A stretch of DNA of 64,000 nt from an uncultured Actinomycetota bacterium (lineage in GTDB: Bacteria > Actinomycetota > Actinomycetes > Streptosporangiales > Streptosporangiaceae). The notes below the pieces were generated by a model that worked only from the letters and a program-made list of their open reading frames with translations, searched no databases and was not told the origin of the DNA. The DNA is taken from assembly GCA_963774945.1 (NCBI GenBank), contig CAVZHA010000015.1:708603-772602 (forward strand), read 5' to 3'. Made by a program: the position numbers and the translations under genes. Each line of letters begins with the position of its first letter. Within the stretch, counting starts at the first letter, position 1. This document shows positions 38,295 to 51,691 of this stretch, one piece after another.

Positions 38295-39323
38295 CTATTC
38301 GGGGACGAGGATGGCGCGCCCTCTGACCCGGCCGGCGTCGAGGTCGGCGAGGGCGTCGGGGGCGGCGGTGAGGGGGTAGGCCCTGGTGTGGAGGGTGACC
38401 CGGCCGGCCTGGGCGAGGGACATCAGCTCGGCGAGCTCGTTGTAGGTGCCGACGATGTTGCCGATGATGTTCCGCTCGGTCGAGATGATGTCGAGGGTCG
38501 GGATCGTGAGGGTGCCGCCGTAGCCGATCACGAAGTCCGAACCCCCCGGGGCGGTCATGTTCCAGGCGTCGGCCTCGGCGCCCTGCTCGGCCACGAAGTC
38601 GAGGACGACGTTTGCGCCGTTGCCGTTGGTGAGGTCCTTGACGGCGTCGACGTGGCTGCCGTCGGCCACGACGGTGACGTCGGCGCCGAGGTCCTTGGCC
38701 AGTTTCAGGGCGTCGGGGTTGCGGTCGACGACGATGATCCGGGTCGCGGACAGGGCGGCCAGGCACTGGACGCCGATGTGGCCGAGGCCGCCGGCGCCGA
38801 TGACGACCGCGGTGGTCCCCGGGTAGAGCAATGGCAGGGCCTTGCGGACGGCGTGGTAGGCGGTGATGCCCGCGTCGGCCAGCGCCGCGACGTCGGCCGG
38901 CCGGGTCGAGGGGTCGAGCTTGACGCAGGCGCGGGCGCTGGTGAGCAGGTACTCGGCCATCCCGCCGTCCCTCGACAGCCCCGGGAAGGACGAGTTCTGG
39001 CAGTGCATGTCGTCGCCGGCCCGGCAGGCGTGGCACAGGCCGCAGGTCGGGGTGGGGTGCAGGATCACGGTGTCGCCGACCGCGACGTTGGTGACGGCCG
39101 AGCCGACCTCGTGCACCCAGCCGGCGTTCTCGTGGCCGAGGATGTACGGCAGCGGGGTGCCCATCGCCGCGTCCCACTGGCCGTCGATGATGTGCAGGTC
39201 GGTGCGGCACACCCCGGCCCCGCCGATCTTCACGATCACGTCCAGCGGGTGAGTGATCACCGGCTCCGGCACCTCGTCGACGACCGGCGCGGAATGGAAC
39301 TTGTGCAGTCTTACGGCCTTCAC
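38295..39323 (-). CDS. Zn-dependent NAD(P) alcohol dehydrogenase, copy 2
   Basis: GVCRTDLH, LGHENAG, CGLCHAC and GAGGLG; nearly identical to 44305-45330. Confidence 0.93.
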   Translation of the reverse strand: MKAVRLHKFHSAPVVDEVPEPVITHPLDVIVKIGGAGVCRTDLHIIDGQWDAAMGTPLPYILGHENAGWVHEVGSAVTNVAVGDTVILHPTPTCGLCHACRAGDDMHCQNSSFPGLSRDGGMAEYLLTSARACVKLDPSTRPADVAALADAGITAYHAVRKALPLLYPGTTAVVIGAGGLGHIGVQCLAALSATRIIVVDRNPDALKLAKDLGADVTVVADGSHVDAVKDLTNGNGANVVLDFVAEQGAEADAWNMTAPGGSDFVIGYGGTLTIPTLDIISTERNIIGNIVGTYNELAELMSLAQAGRVTLHTRAYPLTAAPDALADLDAGRVRGRAILVPE

Positions 39324-39341
39324 GTGAGCGGTTCCTTCCGG

Positions 39342-40056
39342 TCAAGAAGCGGAGTCCGGCCGGTAGCGGGCTTTGAGCATGCCGGAGCAGATGGACGTGT
39401 TGGCGTCGATGCCGGTACGGGTGAGGCGGGCGCGGCGTAGATGAAGAGGCACGCTCGACTCGGGAATGCGGTTGCCGGTGGCTGGGTCGATGAGGAGGAG
39501 GCTGCTGTCGTCGGCGGGGATATTGAGGTCTCGGCGGCGGTGCCTGAGGCGGTCTAGTGCTGGCGATGCCGGGGTGGCGCCTAGGGTCAGGGCGGCCAGG
39601 TCGGCTGGGGTTCGGCCGGCGTCTGACTAGGGGGCGGCAGACCAGGTCGGTGCCGGCCAGCACCGCCTTGCGGAGGAAGGTGGCGCGGAGGTCGTCTAGC
39701 TCGTCGGCCGCCTCGCCGTCGAAGGAGGCGACGAAGCCGGACCGGGCGGCTACGCCGGCGTTGATGGCGTCGGAGGCGAAGTGGTCGTCGAGGATTACCT
39801 CGGCCGAGGAAACGCCCGGCGCCGCGGCGACGGCGTCGTAGGCGTCGGCGACCATGAGGAAGGCGAAGTTGGGGGCGCAGAAGTAGGTCGGCAGGCGCAG
39901 CCGGACCTGCGCCTGCCCCTCCTCGGAGACGGTGCAGGACGCGACGAACCCCAGGGTGGTGATGGGCTCGTCGAGCTCCGGATCCCGCACCGTCGCGAGG
40001 GCGGCGAGTACCGCGCCGGCGGCGACCCCGGCCGGCGCTTCGGTGGCGCTGCTCAT
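39342..40056 (-). CDS. DUF59/FeS-assembly-P (metal-sulfur cluster) protein, copy 2; +1 frameshift near 39625
   Basis: VRDPELDEPITTLGFV..RLPTYFCAPNF. After removing one base the frame continues ..GIDANTSICSGMLKARY to a stop at 39342; the span is 715 nt, i.e. 238 codons + 1. Confidence 0.82.
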
Positions 40057-41105
40057 CCCTCGGTGACCAGCGCGGCGTCGTCCCTCGCGGCCGGCTGGCC
40101 GGCCTGGGCGGGCACCAGGAACTCGGCCGGGACCTTGATGTCGTAGAGCTTGGCGGCGTTGAGGCCGAGGATCTTCTTCTTGGTCGCGGTGGTGAGCTTG
40201 CCGTAATCGGACAGCTCGTCGTCGTCGGGCATCTGCCAGTCGACGAACCCCTCGACCTGCCACTTGGGCTCCCAGATGCCGTAGTCGCTCCCGAACGTCA
40301 TCTTGTCCTCGCCAACCCAGAACATCAGCTCCCCCATGACCTTGGCGAAGAACTTCGGCCGGGCGTGCATCAGCCCGCCGATCACCACCGACAGGCCCGC
40401 GTACACGTTCGGCTCCTGCGTCGCCATGAAGCAGAAGTCCTCGATCCGGGGCAGCCCCACGTGCTCGACGATGAAGTTCAGCTCGGGGAAGTCCGTCGCC
40501 GCGTGATCGACGTCGGACACGTCGAACGCGTCCTTATCCAGCGGCCAGATCGTCGGCCCCTTGTGCACATGCACGTTCTTAATGCCGAGGTTTTGGGCCT
40601 CCTCCAGGAAGCGATAGCAGGAGGGGTCGCTGAGCTTGTAGCCGCGGGAGCCGTTATTCCACTCGGCGGTATAGAGCTTCACCCCCTTGGACCCGTAGCG
40701 CTGCACGTTACGGCGGAACTGGGCCTTGCCCTCATCTCCGTCGCGGGGGTCGAAGCGGGTGTTGACGATGAACTTGCCCGGGTGCTTCTCCGCCAGTGCG
40801 GCGTTCCGCTCGGTGGTGTTGAACCCCTCGCGGTACCACTCCTTGAGGTACGTCGGCTGGAAGATCCCGATGTCCACGTGGCCGTCCTCGAAGACGTCCT
40901 TCATCAGGTCGTCCTCGGTGTAGCCCTCGAACTTCTCGATCGGCCAGTGGGTCTCCTTGGGGCCGAGCGACTGGTACGCGTGGAAGCACTCGATCCAGCC
41001 CTTGGCGTACTGCTCCGCGCCCGGGACCCAGTTGGCGGGCGTGGCGTCCCAGTAGTGCATGTGAGAGTCAACGATGAAGTACTTCTCGCCGTCCTTGGTG
41101 TACAA
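40053..41105 (-). CDS. Amidohydrolase family protein (prm-cluster type), copy 2
   Basis: IVDSHMH, GVKLYTAEW, VHKGPT, VEHVGLP and FGSDY. Confidence 0.9.
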   Translation of the reverse strand: MYTKDGEKYFIVDSHMHYWDATPANWVPGAEQYAKGWIECFHAYQSLGPKETHWPIEKFEGYTEDDLMKDVFEDGHVDIGIFQPTYLKEWYREGFNTTERNAALAEKHPGKFIVNTRFDPRDGDEGKAQFRRNVQRYGSKGVKLYTAEWNNGSRGYKLSDPSCYRFLEEAQNLGIKNVHVHKGPTIWPLDKDAFDVSDVDHAATDFPELNFIVEHVGLPRIEDFCFMATQEPNVYAGLSVVIGGLMHARPKFFAKVMGELMFWVGEDKMTFGSDYGIWEPKWQVEGFVDWQMPDDDELSDYGKLTTATKKKILGLNAAKLYDIKVPAEFLVPAQAGQPAARDDAALVTEG

Positions 41106-41168
41106 GTTGACCTCCCTAAGCGCCGTTGCTCATCCTTCGAGCATGACGCCGGGAAGATCGCGGCGGGC

Positions 41169-41183
41169 GTCTCAAATTGAGAC
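41169..41183. promoter_or_regulatory. Palindromic GTCTCA-N3-TGAGAC box, candidate MimR-type activator site
   Basis: GTCTCAAATTGAGAC(AGTGCA) lies 63 bp upstream of amidohydrolase copy 2; the same motif occurs at 51661 and 51992. Confidence 0.7.
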
Positions 41184-41213
41184 AGTGCACCTGATAAAGC
41201 ATGAAAAATTATT

Positions 41214-42530
41214 CTAAATAATGGCTTTCAAAAGCAGGTAAATGTTGAGGCCGACGATCATGGCGGTCACGAGATAGGCGGCCGCGTTGGTCGCGGGCCG
41301 GTTCACCAGGGTGCCCATCGTCCGCCGGTCACGGGTGACGATGACCAGCGGGACGAGCGCGAACGGTATGCCGAAGGAGAGGAATACCTGGCTCAGCACC
41401 AGCGCCCTGGTCGGGCTGAACCCGACCCCGATCAGGACCAGGGCCGGGATCATGGTGATCGCCCGGCGCGCGAACACCGGGATCTGGCGGCGGATGAACC
41501 CCTCCATCACCGCCTGCCCGGACATGGTGCCCACGCAGGACGACGCCAGACCCGACGCCAGCAGCGCGACGCCGAAGATCGTCCCGGTGTGCGCGCCCAG
41601 GTACCGGCTGAGCCCCTGGAAGACCTGGCCCAGGTCGCCGCCGGCCCCGGTCAGCCCGCGGGACCAGAAGACCGACGCCGCCGTCGCCAGCATCGCCAGG
41701 TTGACCACGCCCGCCAGCCCCATCGCGATCGAGATGTCGACGATCTCGAAGCGGAAGATCCGGCGGCGCGCGTCCGCGCTGGTGCCGACGATCCGCTCCT
41801 TGGTCAGCGCCGAGTGCAGGTAGATCACGTGCGGCATCACGGTCGCGCCGACGATGCCGACCGCCAGCAGGATCGAGCCGCCGGGCAGGCCCGGCACGAA
41901 GCCGCGCGCGACCGCGCCGGCCGGCGGGCCGCTCTTGCGCACCTCGAGGCAGAAGGCGAGCACGACCACGGCGACGAACGCGGTGATCGTCGCCTCCAGC
42001 CGCCGGAACCCCCAGACCTCCATGCTCAAGATCGCGAACGCGGCGACGCCGGTCAGGATCCCCGACACCCACAGCGGGAGGCCGAACACCAACTGCAGGC
42101 CGAGCGCGGCGCCGACGAACTCGGCCAGGTCGGTCGCCATCGCCACCGCCTCGGCCTGCAGCCACAGGAAAAGGACGACCCGGAACGGGAACCGGTCCCG
42201 GCACACCTCGGGCAGACTGCGGCCGGTGGCGATGCCGAGCTTGGCGCTGAGCGCCTGGACCAGCGTCGCCATCAGGTTGGCGGCCGCCACCACCCAGAGC
42301 AGGGCGTAGCCGTACTGCGCGCCGCCCGCCATGTTGGTGGCGAAGTTGCCCGGGTCCACGTAGGCGATCGCGGCGATGAAGGCCGGGCCGAGGAACGGCA
42401 GCACCGCGAGGACGCCGCGCCGCTCGCCCGACAGCGTCGCCTCGGCCGCGGCCAGCATCCTGGTGTCGCCCGCGGACGCCGCGCCGCCCGAGGTCAGTAC
42501 GTGCCGCGGGCGGACGGCGGGTTCTGCCAA
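41214..42530 (-). CDS. mntH: Nramp family divalent metal transporter
   Basis: GPAFIAAIAYVDPGNFATN, GATVMPHVIYLHS and GQAVMEGF. Confidence 0.92.
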   Translation of the reverse strand: MAEPAVRPRHVLTSGGAASAGDTRMLAAAEATLSGERRGVLAVLPFLGPAFIAAIAYVDPGNFATNMAGGAQYGYALLWVVAAANLMATLVQALSAKLGIATGRSLPEVCRDRFPFRVVLFLWLQAEAVAMATDLAEFVGAALGLQLVFGLPLWVSGILTGVAAFAILSMEVWGFRRLEATITAFVAVVVLAFCLEVRKSGPPAGAVARGFVPGLPGGSILLAVGIVGATVMPHVIYLHSALTKERIVGTSADARRRIFRFEIVDISIAMGLAGVVNLAMLATAASVFWSRGLTGAGGDLGQVFQGLSRYLGAHTGTIFGVALLASGLASSCVGTMSGQAVMEGFIRRQIPVFARRAITMIPALVLIGVGFSPTRALVLSQVFLSFGIPFALVPLVIVTRDRRTMGTLVNRPATNAAAYLVTAMIVGLNIYLLLKAII

Positions 42531-42542
42531 CGGACGGCTGCG

Positions 42543-45330
<2,788 letters not shown>

Positions 45331-45355
45331 TGGTCCTCCGTATGGGGCGCGGAAG

Positions 45356-45403
45356 GATCGTGGATCGTTGTGTACACCGGGGTGTACACAACGATCCACG
45401 ATC
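45356..45403. repeat. Perfect 23-bp inverted repeat
   Basis: GATCGTGGATCGTTGTGTACACC-GG-GGTGTACACAACGATCCACGATC. Confidence 0.9.
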
Positions 45404-46115
45404 ATGGAATTTGGGGTCGAGGCTCTAGGTAGCGGGCTTTGAGCATGCCGGAGCAGATGCTTGTGTTGGCGTCGATGCCGGTCCGGGTTAGCTGGGCGCG
45501 GCGTAGGTGAAGGGGGACGGCTTCCGGGGCGAGCCGGGCGCCGGACTGCGGGTCGATGAGCAGCGGGGCGGCGTCATCGGCCGGAAGGCTCAGGTCGGAG
45601 CGGCGCTGGCGCAGGCGGGTCAGGTCGGGCGACGCGGGGACGGCCCCTAGGGTCAGGGCGGCCAGTTCGGGCGGGGTTAGGCCGGCGGCTACTAGGGGGC
45701 GGCAGACTTGGTCGGTGCCGGCCAGCACCGCCTTGCGGAGGAAGGTGGCGCGGAGGTCGTGGAGCTCGTCGGTGGCCTCGCCGTCGAACGAGGCGACGAA
45801 GCCGGACCGGGCGGCTACGCCGGCGTTGATGGCGTCGGAGGCGAAGTGGTCGTCGAGGATCACCTCGGTGGACTGGACGCCGGGGAGCCCGCTCACGGCG
45901 TCGTAGGCGTCGGCGACCATGAGGAAGGCGAAGTTAGGGGCGCAGAAGTAGGTCGGCAGGCGCAGCCGGACCTGCGCCTGCCCCTCCTCGGAGACGGTGC
46001 AGGACGCGACGAACCCCAGGGTGGTGATGGGCTCGTCGAGCTCCGGATCCCGCACGGTCCCGAGCGCCGCGTACACGGCGCTGGCAACGATGCTGGTGCC
46101 ATCCATGACCGTCAC
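45402..46115 (-). CDS. DUF59/FeS-assembly-P (metal-sulfur cluster) protein, copy 1
   Basis: VRDPELDEPITTLGFV and RLPTYFCAPNFAFLM. Confidence 0.88.
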   Translation of the reverse strand: MTVMDGTSIVASAVYAALGTVRDPELDEPITTLGFVASCTVSEEGQAQVRLRLPTYFCAPNFAFLMVADAYDAVSGLPGVQSTEVILDDHFASDAINAGVAARSGFVASFDGEATDELHDLRATFLRKAVLAGTDQVCRPLVAAGLTPPELAALTLGAVPASPDLTRLRQRRSDLSLPADDAAPLLIDPQSGARLAPEAVPLHLRRAQLTRTGIDANTSICSGMLKARYLEPRPQIP

Positions 46116-46147
46116 GCATGCACCTCACGTCCGCGCATCGGGGGGTA

Positions 46148-46168
46148 CGGGGGGTCGTCCCCCCGGGA
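46148..46168. repeat. REP-like element, family B
   Basis: CGGGGGGTCGTCCCCCCGGGA matches 6391-6410. Confidence 0.65.
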
Positions 46169-46177
46169 GAGAACAGC

Positions 46178-47230
46178 TCATGCTCCGGTGACCAGTTGGG
46201 CGTCGTCCTTGGCGGCGGGGGTGCCGGCGTCGGCCGGGAGCTGGCACTCGTCGGGGACCTTGATGTCGTAGAGCTTGGCGGCGTTGAGGCCGAGGATCTT
46301 CTTCTTGGTCGCGGTGGTGAGCTTGCCGTAGTCCGACAGCTCGTCGTCGTCGGGCATCTGCCAGTCGACGAACCCCTCGACCTGCCACTTGGGCTCCCAG
46401 ATGCCGTAGTCGCTCCCGAACGTCATCTTGTCCTCGCCAACCCAGAACATCAGCTCCCCCATGACCTTGGCGAAGAACTTCGGCCGGGCGTGCATCAGCC
46501 CGCCGATCACCACCGACAGGCCCGCGTACACGTTCGGCTCCTGCGTCGCCATGAAGCAGAAGTCCTCGATCCGGGGCAGCCCCACGTGCTCGACGATGAA
46601 GTTCAGCTCGGGGAAGTCCGTCGCCGCGTGATCGACGTCGGACACGTCGAACGCGTCCTTATCCAGCGGCCAGATCGTCGGGCCCTTGTGCACATGCACG
46701 TTCTTGATGCCGAGAGACTGCGCGGCCTCGAGGAAGCGGTAGGCCGCCGGATCGCTGAGCTTGTAGCCGCGTGAGCCGTTGTTCCACTCGGCGGTGTAGA
46801 GCTTCACGCCCTTGGATCCGTAGCGCTCGACGTTGCGCCGCAGTTCGGCCAGGCCCTCGTCGCCGTCCCGGGGGTCGAATCTGGTGTTGGCGATGAACTT
46901 GCCCGGGTGCTTCTCACCTAGGGCGGCGTTCCGCTCGGTGGTGTTGAACCCCTCCGTGTACCACTCTTTCAGGTACGTGGGCTGGAACACGGCGATGTCG
47001 ACGTGGCCGTCCTCGAAGACGTCCCTCATCAGGTCGTCCTCGGTGTAGCCCTCGAACTTCTCGATCGGCCAGTGGGTCTCCTCGGGGCCGAGCGACTGGT
47101 ACGCGTGGAAGCACTCGATCCAGCCCTTGGCGTACTGCTCCGCGCCGGGAACCCAGTTGGCGGGGGTCGCGTCCCAGTAGTGCATGTGGCTGTCGACGAT
47201 GAAGTACTTCTCGCCGTCCTTTTCGTACAC
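46178..47230 (-). CDS. Amidohydrolase family protein (prm-cluster type), copy 1
   Basis: Paralogue of 40053-41105, directly downstream of the coupling protein. Confidence 0.9.
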   Translation of the reverse strand: MYEKDGEKYFIVDSHMHYWDATPANWVPGAEQYAKGWIECFHAYQSLGPEETHWPIEKFEGYTEDDLMRDVFEDGHVDIAVFQPTYLKEWYTEGFNTTERNAALGEKHPGKFIANTRFDPRDGDEGLAELRRNVERYGSKGVKLYTAEWNNGSRGYKLSDPAAYRFLEAAQSLGIKNVHVHKGPTIWPLDKDAFDVSDVDHAATDFPELNFIVEHVGLPRIEDFCFMATQEPNVYAGLSVVIGGLMHARPKFFAKVMGELMFWVGEDKMTFGSDYGIWEPKWQVEGFVDWQMPDDDELSDYGKLTTATKKKILGLNAAKLYDIKVPDECQLPADAGTPAAKDDAQLVTGA

Positions 47231-47241
47231 GACGACCTCCT

Positions 47242-47619
47242 TCAGGCTGACGCGGTGAGGTCGAAGCCGATGTACTCGGCCGCGTCCTCGGGGTTAGCGA
47301 ACATGATCGTGCGGTCGTCCTCGTGGATCATCCGGCCGTAATGGGTGGACATGTTCTCCTCGAACTCGGCCGCGTCGAAGAAGCCGGGCTCCTCCCCCAG
47401 CGCCTCGGAGATCTCGTCGTAGACGAAGTCCATCCGGCCGATCGCGTCCACCCGGATCATCGACGGCAAGGCCCGCACCGACACGTTGTCCTTGGTCGCC
47501 ATGACCTGGGCGACGACCGCCCCGATCTGGTTGTTCATCAGCGTCACGCCGCACTGGTTGGAGGCGGTGTTGTCCGACTTGAACGGCGACTCGGCGGTCT
47601 TGAACCTGGGCGTGGTCAC
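47242..47619 (-). CDS. prmD: Di-iron monooxygenase coupling/effector protein (MmoB/DmpM family)
   Basis: [21 protein letters not shown] and [12 protein letters not shown]. Confidence 0.9.
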   Translation of the reverse strand: MTTPRFKTAESPFKSDNTASNQCGVTLMNNQIGAVVAQVMATKDNVSVRALPSMIRVDAIGRMDFVYDEISEALGEEPGFFDAAEFEENMSTHYGRMIHEDDRTIMFANPEDAAEYIGFDLTASA

Positions 47620-48788
47620 TGGCTCAGCTCCTTCGGCACTTCGAGGTGGAGGTCGGCGAGAATGCCGGCGAACCGGCTCTTGGCGGCGTCAAGGCCGTCC
47701 TCGAACCGGGGCGGCTTGGCGTCGGTCTGCGACCACAGCGGCTGCAGGGTGCGGGCGGCGCTGATCGCGCTCGGCACCCACTTGGCGAGCCAGCCGTTGA
47801 TCGTCGCCTTGTTGTGGTCGGCGAACTCGCGGTCGGTGGTGAGCAGACCGAACATCGCGGTCGTGTAGCGCAGGTCACGCTCGGCGAAGTCGTACTCGGC
47901 CGCGCCGACCACGGTCGGGGTCACGAAGTCGCCGTTGCGGGGCGCGATCTGCTGCACCAGCTGGCTGCGGAACAGCTCGCCCACGAGCGGCTCGAACACC
48001 ACGTTGCCGGCGAAGATCGCCTCGCACCAGTCCCAGACCGAGGTGAGCTGCTCGGCCGTCTCCCGCACGCCCTGCCAGGCCGGGTCGGAGTTCCACGTCT
48101 CGAGGTGGGCCGACCCGTCGAAGCCGGGTACCTCGTCGGTCAGCGTCAGATTGTAGAGCGCGAGGTCCTGGGCCGCCCTGATCCGGTGCATGGAGTTGAC
48201 CGAGATCGCGTTGTTGTGCATGTTGGTCGGGGCCCGGCGCTGCGCGTTCGCGTACAGGTAGAGGCCGAGACCGTGGTCGACGTGCATCCACGCGCCGACG
48301 TTCCGTTCCATGAAGCGGACCCAGTTCGGGTTCCACTGCTCGAACGCCTTCGACAGCCGGGCGTTCTCCACGTTCTGGTTGACCTGCCGGACGACGTTGG
48401 AGTTGTAGCGGTAGAAGGTGAGCTCCCACTCCTCGTTGGGATCGCGGAACTCGTGCCAGCCGTGGGCGGGCCACTCGTAGCCCTTGCCGCCTGAGCCGGG
48501 GAACCGCTCGGGCTCGGGCCGGTCGGAGCCCCACGCCTTGAGCGCGGTCCAGTCGAGCGGGTAGCCGCCGCGGCCGTCGGCGAACCCGTACAGCCAGCCC
48601 TGGGCCAGGTAGTGCCGCGGGTCGGGCTGGACCTCGACGGTGACGTCCTCGTAGTGCGTCTGCTTGCGCTTGGCGGGCTTGAAGTAGTTGTAGTTGCGCG
48701 CGGTCGAGTCGGGGAACTCCTTCGCGCCCGCTTCCGCGTCGGTGAAGACCGGCTTGGGAACGCTACGCTCGTGCGTCTCTGCTGTCAT
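47616..48788 (-). CDS. prmC: Di-iron monooxygenase hydroxylase beta subunit
   Basis: [46 protein letters not shown] and NGDFVTP. Confidence 0.92.
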   Translation of the reverse strand: MTAETHERSVPKPVFTDAEAGAKEFPDSTARNYNYFKPAKRKQTHYEDVTVEVQPDPRHYLAQGWLYGFADGRGGYPLDWTALKAWGSDRPEPERFPGSGGKGYEWPAHGWHEFRDPNEEWELTFYRYNSNVVRQVNQNVENARLSKAFEQWNPNWVRFMERNVGAWMHVDHGLGLYLYANAQRRAPTNMHNNAISVNSMHRIRAAQDLALYNLTLTDEVPGFDGSAHLETWNSDPAWQGVRETAEQLTSVWDWCEAIFAGNVVFEPLVGELFRSQLVQQIAPRNGDFVTPTVVGAAEYDFAERDLRYTTAMFGLLTTDREFADHNKATINGWLAKWVPSAISAARTLQPLWSQTDAKPPRFEDGLDAAKSRFAGILADLHLEVPKELSQ

Positions 48789-49809
48789 TGGGCTCTCCGG
48801 TTGTCGTGAACTTGTCGTAGTAGATGCGCTTGTTCGGGACGCCGAGCGTCTCAAGCAGCGGGATCGCGGCCTCGACCATCGGCGGGGGTCCGCAGACGTA
48901 GGCGTGCGCGCCGCCGAGGGTCCCCGTCAGGCGCTTGACCACGTCGGTGATGAGGCCGGTCTCGCCGGTCCAGTCCTCATGCGAGAGCGCGGGGATAAAG
49001 GTGAAGTCGGGCAGCTTCTCGGCAATGGCCGCGAGCTCTTCCTCGAAACAGAGGTCGCGGCGGGTTCTGGCGCCGTAGAAGAACGTGGCCTTGCGGTGGA
49101 TGCCGCGCTCGGCCATCGTCCGGAGCAGGGACAGGATCGGGGCCATGCCCGCGCCGCCGCCGACGAACAGCAGCTCGGTGTCGGCGTCGCGGAGCGTGAA
49201 GACGCCGAACGGGCCGGTCAGCTCGAGCCGGTCGCCGACCGCCAGCCGCTGGTCGAGGAACCGGGAGAACAGCCCGTCGGGGTACACCTTGATCACGAAC
49301 TCGAGCGTCCCGTCCCTGCTCGAGGTGTTGGCCATCGAGAACGACCGGACCTGGTCGGTGCCGGGGACGGCGATGTCCATGTACTGGCCGGGGAAGAACT
49401 TCACCTCGGCCGGCTCGACCAGGCGAAGGACCAGGTGCCGCATGTCGTGCGTCACCGGGTCGTTCGAGACCACCTCGGCCACCGCCTGCTGGATCGGCAG
49501 GCCGGAGCGGATCATCTCCTCGTCGTAGTTGAGCAGCTCGATCGTGACGTCCTCGTACACGTGCGCCCGGCACAGCAGGGTGTAGCCCTCGTCCTTCTCG
49601 TAGTCGGGCAGCGCGAACGTGGAGTACTTGTCGTGCTCGATGTCCTCGCCCTCGAGCACGAACGACTTGCAGGCGGCGCACTGGCCTTCCTTGCAGCCGT
49701 GCATGAGCATGATGCCCTGCTCGGCTGCGGCCCGCAGGACCGTCTGGTCCTCGCTGACGTCGATCTCGATACCGACCGGCTCGAACCGCACCGTGTGCTT
49801 GTCGGCCAC
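48763..49809 (-). CDS. prmB: Monooxygenase reductase (2Fe-2S ferredoxin + FAD/NAD domains)
   Basis: HGCKEGQCAACK, RSFSMAN, GGGAGMAP and YVCGPPPM. Confidence 0.93.
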   Translation of the reverse strand: MADKHTVRFEPVGIEIDVSEDQTVLRAAAEQGIMLMHGCKEGQCAACKSFVLEGEDIEHDKYSTFALPDYEKDEGYTLLCRAHVYEDVTIELLNYDEEMIRSGLPIQQAVAEVVSNDPVTHDMRHLVLRLVEPAEVKFFPGQYMDIAVPGTDQVRSFSMANTSSRDGTLEFVIKVYPDGLFSRFLDQRLAVGDRLELTGPFGVFTLRDADTELLFVGGGAGMAPILSLLRTMAERGIHRKATFFYGARTRRDLCFEEELAAIAEKLPDFTFIPALSHEDWTGETGLITDVVKRLTGTLGGAHAYVCGPPPMVEAAIPLLETLGVPNKRIYYDKFTTTGEPNDSRDARA

Positions 49810-49849
49810 CTCTACCCCTTTGCTCGCTCCCTGTCACAGGCTGTTTTGA

Positions 49850-49901
49850 GCCCAAATGCGCATTCGGGCCGGCAAGAGTGAGCCCAAATGCGCATTCGGG
49901 C
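49850..49901. repeat. Dispersed palindromic REP-like doublet, family A
   Basis: GCCCAAATGCGCATTCGGGC x2 with linker CGGCAAGAGTGA, the reverse complement of the linker at 6171-6182. Confidence 0.8.
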
Positions 49902-49945
49902 CGGTGAGGGGCCGGCCCCGCGCTGGGCGGGGCTGGCGCTGATCA

Positions 49946-51593
49946 CTAGCTGGGGGCGGGACGAGCCGGCCGGGCCGCCGGCGTTGTAGTTGGCCGCGAA
50001 GGCGGTGCGCTCTTCGTCGGTCATCTCGTTGAGGAGCACGTTGGGCGACTGGATGTGCGGCATCCGGCGCAGGTGGTCGAGCGTCCACATCTTCGACGGG
50101 TCGAGGTCGAGGTGCGGCTGGGCGACCAGCGTCTTGCCGTCGTCGCGGACGTACCCCATGTCGGAGACCGCGTCGGCCCAGTTCCAGCCGTGGTACAGGG
50201 TCTCCCACTCGCGCTTGCCGATCAGCTGGCCCATGTTCGGGGTCTCGCGGCCCTGGTAGGTCGGCCGGAAGGCGGTCGCGTCGGTCCAGTGGCAGGGCTC
50301 GGAGCAGTAGGTGCGCCACTGCCCGTCGACCTTGTCCATCACCATGTCCTCGCGTACCAGGCACGGGACCATGCAGGTCCAGCACCGGTGCGGGTACACG
50401 TAGTCGACGTCCTCGGCCACGATCGGGTGGTGCCCGTTGGGCTTAGAGAGCCGGTTGTAGTTCTCCCACCAGGCGCCGTACTTGTCGTACCAGCCCGGGT
50501 ACTTGTACTCGAACCACTCGAAGTCCTTGTCGGTCATCGGGTCGATCCGCCAGTAGTTGGCGAGCCAGCCGGTGGCGAAGAACTGCGCGACCTCGTGCAC
50601 GTAGCCCTTGTTCCAGATCTGGTCCCAGGCCTGCTCGATCAGGTCGTGCGGGATGACCAGGCCGTACTTCTCGAGCGGTACCAGGTAGGAGCGGTAGTAG
50701 TCGTCGTAGATCCAGCGGCGCCACATCTCGGCGTAGGACTCGCGGTCCTTGCGCCGGTCCTTGGTGCCGTACTCGATGAACGTGCCGATCGCCGCGTCCA
50801 CCACCCGGTGGTTGTTCCACCAGGCGTAGCGCAGGTCGCGCTCGAGCAGCTGGTGGTTGCCCTCGTCCGCCAGCGCCATCAGCAGCGTCGCGTAGCCGTT
50901 GCTGATGTGCCGGGACTCGTCCGACTGGACCGAGTGGAAGACCGTCGGCAGCAGGTAGTCGCCGTTGGCGGCGGCTTCGGCCGGCATCGCCACGAACAGC
51001 GTGTTGGTGAACGCGGTCTCGGCCACGATCGTGAGGTAGATGCTGGCCGCGGTGATGGCGTCGCCGGTGATGAAGCCCTCGGCGAACTGGCGGCCGATCG
51101 TGCCGCAGTAGTCGTTCTGGAAGTTGCGCAGGCTCGAGTTGAAGCCGGCCGGGTCGATGTAGTTGTTCATGTACAGGCGCTTGAGGTTCTGCTGGATCGT
51201 CGAGTGGCGCACCTCGTCGATCATCTGGATCGCCTGGCCGTTGTGCAGCTCGGGGTTGGGGACGGTCCTGAACAGCAGCGGCATCGCCCGGGCGGCGGAG
51301 ATCTCCGGCAGCGGGATGATCGACAGGAACAGCTTCTGCCACTCCAGCCACCGCTCCTGCACCTGGCGGAACATGTTGCCGCGGATCGCGCCGTCCTGCG
51401 CGCCGTAGACCCGGTGGTCCTTCTCCTCCTGCATCGGGAAGTAGGAGCGGAGCACCTGCTTGAGCGGGTCCTTCTTCTGCGCCTTCTGGAACGTGTAGTC
51501 CGTTCCGTACTGCGAGACCGGCTGGTGGTACTGGGGTTCCCAGGACAGTTCCTGGATCTTCTGATGGGCCTTCGCCACGCTTTGGCGGCTCAT
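49946..51593 (-). CDS. prmA: Group-5 soluble di-iron monooxygenase hydroxylase alpha subunit (propane/acetone/phenol type)
   Basis: [17 protein letters not shown], di-iron motifs DEVRH and [14 protein letters not shown] tandem TAG-TGA at 49948-49943 is reached if one base near 49965 is removed; the uncorrected ORF runs to 49812. Confidence 0.93.
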
Positions 51594-51660
51594 CGGCATC
51601 CTCCCTTGGTGGGAAAGTCCTTGTGTGCTGGATAACATCCCGGATTCGGGTGGTCTGTGC

Positions 51661-51674
51661 TCTCAACCTGAGAC
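51661..51674. promoter_or_regulatory. TCTCA-N3-TGAGA box upstream of prmA
   Basis: TCTCAACCTGAGAC lies 67 bp upstream of the prmA start. Confidence 0.65.
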
Positions 51675-51691
51675 GGTTGTCTCCGCGGCGG

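Noticed and set aside
38242-40263. 673-aa ORF containing a DUF59 domain
   Set aside because: It is a chimera of the frameshifted DUF59 gene and off-frame read-through over the adh and amidohydrolase genes.
49812-49945. C-terminal extension of PrmA
   Set aside because: The extension is translated intergenic repeat DNA; a tandem TAG-TGA lies one base out of frame at the expected length.
47242-51593. Soluble methane monooxygenase
   Set aside because: The gene order alpha-reductase-beta-coupling, the absence of a gamma subunit and the PrmA-type N-terminus indicate a group-5 enzyme.
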